Positions 58,282 to 64,000 of a DNA stretch of 64,000 bases are shown one piece after another; position 1 is the stretch's first letter; each line of letters opens with the position of its first letter. The notes under the pieces are model-generated. The model made no database searches, had not been told where the DNA came from, and saw nothing but the letters and a program-made list of their open reading frames with translations. Both the position numbers and the translations under genes were made by a program. Source of the DNA: Candidatus Latescibacterota bacterium (GTDB lineage: Bacteria; Latescibacterota; UBA2968); assembly GCA_965204745.1 (NCBI GenBank), contig OZ242010.1:736001-800000 (forward strand). Reading direction: 5' to 3'.

Positions 58282-59133
58282 GTGAAAACCCCCAAATCCC
58301 CAAATCCCGAACGCAGATTCGGCTACAACATGGACAAGACCGTGCCGCTGGAAGAGGGCATTGCTTGGGGCGCGGCACACGGGTTTTACTACATCGACTT
58401 TCAGGCCGATATGCCGCCCAATGATTTGGCCTCGTTTGACCGGGTGCGCGTCAACCGCATTCGCAATTTGTGCGAACAACACGCGGTGCAAATCGGGGTG
58501 CATCCGTCTTCTGCGATTAACAATGCCGAGTACGTGCCGATTCTGTCCGAAGCGGTTGAGGACTATGTGAACGCCAATTTCGATCTGGCGGTTCGATTGG
58601 GTTGCGGTTGGTTCGTCGGGCACGGGGGCTATCACTTCGGGGATATTGGCTTGCGCCGCGATGTTGCGATAGACCGCATGAAGCGGCTGGTGCATCGGGC
58701 CGAACAAACCGACGTGGCGATCTATTTTGAGAATCACAATTTGGAACCCGAACACGCCGAGATGCACTACTTGCCGCACGATGTCGAGGAGACGCAGTGG
58801 TTTTTCGACGCGATTCAGTCCGATCATTTCAAGTGGGCGTTCAACGTGGCGCACGGCCACCTCGTGCCCGAAGGCTGGTCTGGCTTTCTCGATGCGTTTG
58901 GGGTGGAGAACATCGGTCAAGTGCGCGTGAACGACAACAACGGGGATTACGAAGTCCACTTGGTGCCGGGAGAAGGCACACTCGATTTTGACGCCCTGTT
59001 CAAACGCCTGAACGCGATGGGCTATGCGGGGTGGTTCAGTTTGGGCTTTGGCAATGCCGCGGATAAAATTCGCGTGAAGAAGGAGTTTGAAAGGAAGTGG
59101 TCAGTTTCCACCCCGCTCAACCCCCTTCGGTGA
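58282..59133 (+). CDS. Sugar-phosphate isomerase/epimerase (xylose-isomerase-like TIM barrel)
   Basis: FEN, NVAH, DNNG..HLVPGEG..DF. Confidence 0.85.
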   Translation: MKTPKSPNPERRFGYNMDKTVPLEEGIAWGAAHGFYYIDFQADMPPNDLASFDRVRVNRIRNLCEQHAVQIGVHPSSAINNAEYVPILSEAVEDYVNANFDLAVRLGCGWFVGHGGYHFGDIGLRRDVAIDRMKRLVHRAEQTDVAIYFENHNLEPEHAEMHYLPHDVEETQWFFDAIQSDHFKWAFNVAHGHLVPEGWSGFLDAFGVENIGQVRVNDNNGDYEVHLVPGEGTLDFDALFKRLNAMGYAGWFSLGFGNAADKIRVKKEFERKWSVSTPLNPLR

Positions 59134-59276
59134 GACGTAAGACGGGAGAGGCGAGACCGCCCCGCCACCGCCCAAGCGGTCAGTGGTCAGTGGTCAGTTC
59201 TCACCCCGCCCAACCCCCTTCGGTGAGACGTAAGACGGGAGAGGTGAGACCGCCCCGCCACCGCCCAAACGGTCAG
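59098..59276. repeat. Tandem repeat of about 92 bp x2, overlapping the gene end
   Basis: CAACCCCCTTCGGTGAGACGTAAGACGGGAGAGG..; related copies at 16024 and 63263-63358 (rev). Confidence 0.9.
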
Positions 59277-59354
59277 CCAGTCGATCCGTAGTTTCGCCGA
59301 TTATTCGCTTCGCTCATTTGTGTAGATTCGTCGATTCCCAAAGGAGATTGAACT

Positions 59355-60077
59355 TTGTCGTTGATTACAGTTATCGGACGCGGGCATTCGGGTACGCGGT
59401 TGATTTCGCATACGCTCTATGCCAGCGGGGTGTATATGGGGCGATTGATCAATGCGTCTGGGGATAAGATGCCGCCCGACGCGATGTACGATGCGTGTCG
59501 GGTGATGGCGAAATACGTGTGGTGGAATGGCGGGTTGTCGTGGGATTTTGAGGCGTTGCACACCATGGATATCGATCCCGAGTTTACGCGCTTGGTCGAG
59601 ACGTATCTGCACGATGTGCTACCCCCGCGCAATCGGATGGCGCACTACGGTTGGAAGTTGCCCGAGACCACGTTGGTCTATCCGTGGATCGTGCGGATGT
59701 TTCCAGATGCGAAATACATTCACTGGGTACGCGATCCGCGCGATTGCATTTTGCGCCGGCACAAAACCGATGATTTGCGCGATTTTGACATTCCGTATCC
59801 GCAAACCGAGGACGAGCGCGAGCGCCGGGCGATTTCGTGGCTGTACCAATACGAAATCATGAAATCCACGCCCGCGCCCGAGCATTGTATCACCGTGCGC
59901 TTTGAGGATGCGATTCGCCATCAGAAGGAGACGCGGGCGAAGCTGGAGGAGTTTCTCGGCTTCCCGCTGGGCAAGGTCATCGTGCGTCCCGATTCCGTGG
60001 GCAGGTGGAAGACCGATGATGGCGTCCATGATTTCGCGTTCCTGCACCCCGCGATGAAAGCGTATCAATACATTTAG
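59355..60077 (+). CDS. Sulfotransferase family protein
   Basis: GRGHSGT PAPS loop, GWKLP, RDPRD, VRFED. Confidence 0.85.
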   Translation: MSLITVIGRGHSGTRLISHTLYASGVYMGRLINASGDKMPPDAMYDACRVMAKYVWWNGGLSWDFEALHTMDIDPEFTRLVETYLHDVLPPRNRMAHYGWKLPETTLVYPWIVRMFPDAKYIHWVRDPRDCILRRHKTDDLRDFDIPYPQTEDERERRAISWLYQYEIMKSTPAPEHCITVRFEDAIRHQKETRAKLEEFLGFPLGKVIVRPDSVGRWKTDDGVHDFAFLHPAMKAYQYI

Positions 60078-60229
60078 ACGTATTTAGCACAGTGCCGTGA
60101 ACGCGGGATGGCGTATCTCCTGCTTGACTCATGATGCAAAAGCTGGTATTGTTGTGTTTCCAAACGAACTCTGAGTTCGCATTGAAAGCCAATAGCTGAC
60201 AATCCCGCCCTTTTTCAGGATCGCGTATC

Positions 60230-61111
60230 GTGAATGCCGAATTGGTACCTGCGAGAACGCTCGTGAGCGATGTCTTGACTTTGATTAAATTTCGGATCGC
60301 GCTGATGGTCGCGTTCAGCGCGTTTGTGGGTTATGTGCTGGGCATGGGGCAGGCAATAGATCCGATGCATGTGTTCCACGTCCTGTTCGCCACCTTTTTG
60401 ACCGCTTCTGGCACGGGCGTTTTGAACCAGTTTATGGAGCGCGAGCGCGATAGACGAATGGGCCGCACCGCGGATCGCCCCCTGCCCGCGGGCCGCGTCT
60501 CCCCGGAAACCGCCTGTTGGTTCGGCCTGATTTTAGCCGGGATGGGCATTGTCTATCTCGGCGTGCTGGTCAATGCTTTGACCGGGTTGGTCGGCGCATT
60601 AACCGTGGGAATCTACCTGCTCCTGTACACGCCCTTAAAGCCCAAGACCGCGCACAACACCGCTATCGGTGCGATTGCAGGCGCGTTGCCCCCGGTCGGT
60701 GGATGGACCGCCGCAACAGGCGCGTTGAGCGGCGAGGCACTGGCGTTGTTCGGCATTTTGTTTTTGTGGCAATTTCCCCATTTCTTGTCCATTGCTTGGC
60801 TCTATCGAGAAGACTACGCCCGAGGTGGCTTTCGCATGCTGCCAGTCGAAGACCCGCAAGGCCATCGCACCGCGCATCAGGTGGTGCTCTACACCTTGGT
60901 CTTGCTCTCGTGTAGCCTGATGCCCGCACTGCTGGGCATGGCTGGCGTGGCGTATTTCGGGGTCGCCATCTCCCTCGGCTTGGGCCTGCTATACGCCAGT
61001 TTGACCTTTGCGCGGTATCGCACCGATTTGCACGCCCGCAGGCTGATGCGCGCAACGCTCGTTTATCTGCCCGTGTTGTGGCTGGTGATGATGCTGGATA
61101 AACTTGGGTAG
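60230..61111 (+). CDS. cyoE: Protoheme IX farnesyltransferase (heme o synthase)
   Basis: NQ..ER.RD..M.RT..RPLP.GR, YTPLK, WQFPHF, YREDY. Confidence 0.95.
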   Translation: MNAELVPARTLVSDVLTLIKFRIALMVAFSAFVGYVLGMGQAIDPMHVFHVLFATFLTASGTGVLNQFMERERDRRMGRTADRPLPAGRVSPETACWFGLILAGMGIVYLGVLVNALTGLVGALTVGIYLLLYTPLKPKTAHNTAIGAIAGALPPVGGWTAATGALSGEALALFGILFLWQFPHFLSIAWLYREDYARGGFRMLPVEDPQGHRTAHQVVLYTLVLLSCSLMPALLGMAGVAYFGVAISLGLGLLYASLTFARYRTDLHARRLMRATLVYLPVLWLVMMLDKLG

Positions 61112-61131
61112 GCAAGAATAGGTAGGTTTTT

Positions 61132-61350
61132 ATGTCGATGAAATCAGAAGCAGGATTTGACGAGCTCCAGGCTGAAGCAGTGGTGACAACTGTCGGCAAT
61201 GCGTTTGACGATACTGTTGCAACCAAAGCGGATATCGCGGAGTTACACGCCCAGATTCGAGAGCTCGAACAGCGCATGACGATCAAGATGGGGGGATTCG
61301 CCGCGGCTATCGTCGGCCCGATCACCGCCCTCGGCAAATTGCTCGGGTGA
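61132..61350 (+). CDS. Short CCDC90/DUF1640-like protein
   Basis: EAGFDELQAEAVV..ATKADI..LEQRMTIKMG; N-terminus appears truncated. Confidence 0.65.
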   Translation: MSMKSEAGFDELQAEAVVTTVGNAFDDTVATKADIAELHAQIRELEQRMTIKMGGFAAAIVGPITALGKLLG

Positions 61351-61459
61351 GCATGGGCAACAGCGGTTGGGGCATTGATGTCGATTGCCGACGCAGGGGC
61401 GATGCCATATAAGCCGAGAAAGGGAATGGGTTGCCCGCTGAACAACTCGCGCCCCCACA

Positions 61460-61492
61460 GAGGTGATAGGAAAACCTATCACCTTTCTTTTT
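61460..61492 (+). terminator. Intrinsic terminator
   Basis: AGGTGATAGG-AAAA-CCTATCACCT followed by a T-rich tail. Confidence 0.7.
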
Positions 61493-61512
61493 ATGAACGC
61501 TGGAGAATAAAT

Positions 61513-62442
61513 GTGCAAGTGGCAATAGAGGTTGAAAATGTGAGCCATTGGTTTGGCGAGCGCGTGGCCTTAGACCGCATCGCGTTGCGCGTGAAGACCG
61601 GGGAAATGTACGGGCTTTTGGGGCCTAATGGCGGGGGTAAGACCACCCTGTTTCGCATGTTGTGTACCGCGTTGCGCCCCGATCAGGGCACGGTGCGCGT
61701 GTTGGGCAAAAACGCAGTTGCCGAAGCCCATGCGGTGCGTGCGCGAATTGGCGTGGTTTTTCAGCAGCCCAGCTTGGATGCGCGGTTGACCGTGTTGGAA
61801 AACTTGCGCCATCAAGGCCATCTCTACGGGTTGAAAGGCCACTTGCTCGCCCAACGCATTGCAGAGGCATTGGACATGATGGCCCTTGCAGATCGCGTAG
61901 CGGATCGCGTGGAGATTCTATCCGGCGGATTGCAGCGGCGCGTGGAGTTGTGCAAGAGTTTGTTGCATCGCCCGCAAGTGTTGATTTTTGACGAACCGTG
62001 CGCTGGGCTCGACCCCGGCGCGAGACGCGGGTTTTGGAATGACTTGGACGTGTTGCGCCGCGCCTGGGGCACGACCCTATTGCTGACCACGCATTTTATG
62101 GAAGAGGCCGAGCGGTGCGATAGAATTGGCATCTTGGACAGCGGACGCCTGATCGCCGAAGGCACGCCCGCTGCGTTGAAGCGCGAGGTGGGCCGCGAGG
62201 TGATCACCCTTGAAGCGCGCGACCCGGAGGCATTGCGATTGCACATCGAACCGGTTGTGGGACACGACGCGCAAGTGATCGACGGGCAGGTGCGGATTGC
62301 GTGTTGCGAAGGGCAGCGGCTCTTGGCCGAGTTGTATCCCCTCCTGCGCGAGGAGGTGCGCGCCATGACCTTGAGCGTGCCCACCCTTGAGGATGTGTTC
62401 GTCCAGCGAACAGGGCATGGATTTCACAGGGAGGAAGCGTAG
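61513..62442 (+). CDS. ABC-2 transporter ATP-binding protein
   Basis: GPNGGGKT, LSGG, FDEP, TTH. Confidence 0.95.
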   Translation: MQVAIEVENVSHWFGERVALDRIALRVKTGEMYGLLGPNGGGKTTLFRMLCTALRPDQGTVRVLGKNAVAEAHAVRARIGVVFQQPSLDARLTVLENLRHQGHLYGLKGHLLAQRIAEALDMMALADRVADRVEILSGGLQRRVELCKSLLHRPQVLIFDEPCAGLDPGARRGFWNDLDVLRRAWGTTLLLTTHFMEEAERCDRIGILDSGRLIAEGTPAALKREVGREVITLEARDPEALRLHIEPVVGHDAQVIDGQVRIACCEGQRLLAELYPLLREEVRAMTLSVPTLEDVFVQRTGHGFHREEA

Positions 62443-63203
62443 TGCGGTTTTGGTTGCCTGTGGTGTCGCTTTGGCGGCGGGAGTTGACGCGCTTTGCCCG
62501 AGATCGCAACCGCTTGTTCGGCGCGATTGGGCAACCCCTTGTTTTCTGGCTGATCTTGGGGTCCGGCTTTGAAAAGTCCTTCGCGCCCATGGGGATTTCC
62601 GGGGGGTATTTGGAATATATTTATCCGGGAACCCTGTTGTTGATCGCGTTGTTCACCGCGATTTTTTCCACCATCTCCGTCATCGAAGATCGGCGCGAGG
62701 GCTTTATGCAGGCCGTGCTGGTCGCGCCCGTGTCCCGAATTGGCTTGGTGATGGGCAAGGTCTTGGGCGGGGGCACCTTGGCGTTTTTGGAAAGTGCGAT
62801 CTTTCTCATATTCTTGGCGTTTTTGGACATTCCCATCAGCGTAGCATCACTGGGTCTGACCCTCATGTTTCTGGCCATCTTGGGCATCGCCCTGACCGCG
62901 CTCGGGTTTGCCATAGCTTGGCGCAGCACATCCACGGCCGGGTTTCACGCGGTGATGAGTTTGTTGCTGCTGCCGATGTGGGTGCTCTCCGGCGCGGTCT
63001 TCCCCCCGGATGGCGCGTCCCGCTGGCTCACTTGGATAATGGCCGTCAATCCCCTGACGTATGGCATGGCCGGATTGCGCCACGCGCTTTATTTTTCCAC
63101 CTCTGACGCCCATGCCCAATTATGGCTCTACGGCCTCATCACCATCGCCTTCGCCTGCACGACCATCAGCGCGGCCGTGTGGCAGGTAAAAACAAAGAAA
63201 TGA
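62442..63203 (+). CDS. ABC-2 transporter permease
   Basis: Six TMs; EDRREG..LVAP, LSGAVFP, NPLTY. Confidence 0.93.
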   Translation: MRFWLPVVSLWRRELTRFARDRNRLFGAIGQPLVFWLILGSGFEKSFAPMGISGGYLEYIYPGTLLLIALFTAIFSTISVIEDRREGFMQAVLVAPVSRIGLVMGKVLGGGTLAFLESAIFLIFLAFLDIPISVASLGLTLMFLAILGIALTALGFAIAWRSTSTAGFHAVMSLLLLPMWVLSGAVFPPDGASRWLTWIMAVNPLTYGMAGLRHALYFSTSDAHAQLWLYGLITIAFACTTISAAVWQVKTKK

Positions 63204-63431
63204 GTGGAAAGTGCAATCCCATTAGCCGTAAGAACAGGCCCCCGTGCCTCCCAGCGGGCGGCCTGACAACTGACAACTTGGGCGGTGGCGGGGTTGCCTC
63301 ACCTCTCCCGTCTCCCGTCTCACCGCAGGGGGTTGGGCGGGGTGAGAACTGACAACTGATTTTTTCGGAACATTGATATGACTAAATTGTTGGAACAATA
63401 TTGGAAAAAAGAACACACTTTCGGTCTCGCC

Positions 63432-64000
63432 ATGCAAAAATTGACGCGCCTCTCAATCATCGCCTGTATCTGCCTGTTCTGCGGTTGCTCCGTGCTCGAC
63501 CGGCAACAAAGCCCCAAATTGCTGGACTTGCGGACAGACCGCGGCTCGGAACCGTCGGTGGGACGCGGGCAGGAAGTGCATATCACCATAGTGACGGATG
63601 ACCCGGACAACGACGAGTTGGACTTTCGTTGGATTGCGTCCGGGGGCGTATTCGCGGCCACTCGGCAAGACACGTTGATCGACCTGTTTCAAGATTCCGT
63701 AACTGTGGTGTGGCAAGCACCGCTCGAACCCGGTATCTATGAGTTGTTTTTGGAATTGGGCGACGGCCAATCCGAGACCCTGGTGACTTCGGGCGTGCGG
63801 ATTGCCGTAACGCAGGCGCCGCCCGTCGCGGCTGTGGGGCCGGATAGGGTGATAAATTTTCACGACACCTTGCGCGTGGTCTTGGATGGCACGGGCAGTT
63901 CGGATCCGGATCAGGACGCGCTGATGTACTTTTGGACGCAGATCGGCGGCCCGCGCGTGGGATTGCAAAACAGCAACAGCCCATCGCCCGAATTTCAGGC
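63432..64000 (+). CDS. Lipoprotein with PKD-like domains (runs off the right edge)
   Basis: Not in ORF track. MQKLTRLSIIACICLFCGC; DPDNDEL.F.W and LDGTGSSDPDQDALMYFWTQIGG. Confidence 0.8.
   Translation, partial: MQKLTRLSIIACICLFCGCSVLDRQQSPKLLDLRTDRGSEPSVGRGQEVHITIVTDDPDNDELDFRWIASGGVFAATRQDTLIDLFQDSVTVVWQAPLEPGIYELFLELGDGQSETLVTSGVRIAVTQAPPVAAVGPDRVINFHDTLRVVLDGTGSSDPDQDALMYFWTQIGGPRVGLQNSNSPSPEFQ

Overview
Bacterial chromosomal window, fairly GC-rich and unusually dense in intergenic repeats. The gene content and the recurring dockerin/EF-hand-like C-terminal tag suggest a Latescibacterota-like lineage (inference only). The housekeeping backbone is ppiD/surA-like (partial), recG, pgm, an ilvD-family dehydratase, a rel-like gene, dinG, rpe, ffh-rpsP-rimM-trmD-[insert]-rplS, tRNA-Val(TAC), cyoE and an ABC-2 transporter. 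Highlights: (1) two near-identical, inverted 1293-bp IS110 elements whose bridge-RNA guides can be read from the sequence (donor AGAGTAT-CT-TGTAT, target CTCCCCT-CT-TGCC) and point at the host's heptamer repeats, with empty targets still present; (2) a secreted UxxC selenoprotein (redoxin, 3 Ig-like domains, dockerin-like tag) split in the ORF track, with a SECIS-like hairpin; (3) an IS607-derived element with a decayed tnpA and a rearranged-RuvC, zinc-finger-less TnpB; (4) an Rpn nuclease with an internal RBS for a small antitoxin isoform; (5) an ATPase/TOPRIM-like defence pair broken by a nonsense codon and a nested MITE; (6) an orphan TPR-YcaO operon; (7) several apparent pseudo-enzymes; (8) repeat-flanked single-gene cassettes. 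No CRISPR array or rRNA was seen. All family calls come from motif recognition by eye, with no database searches.
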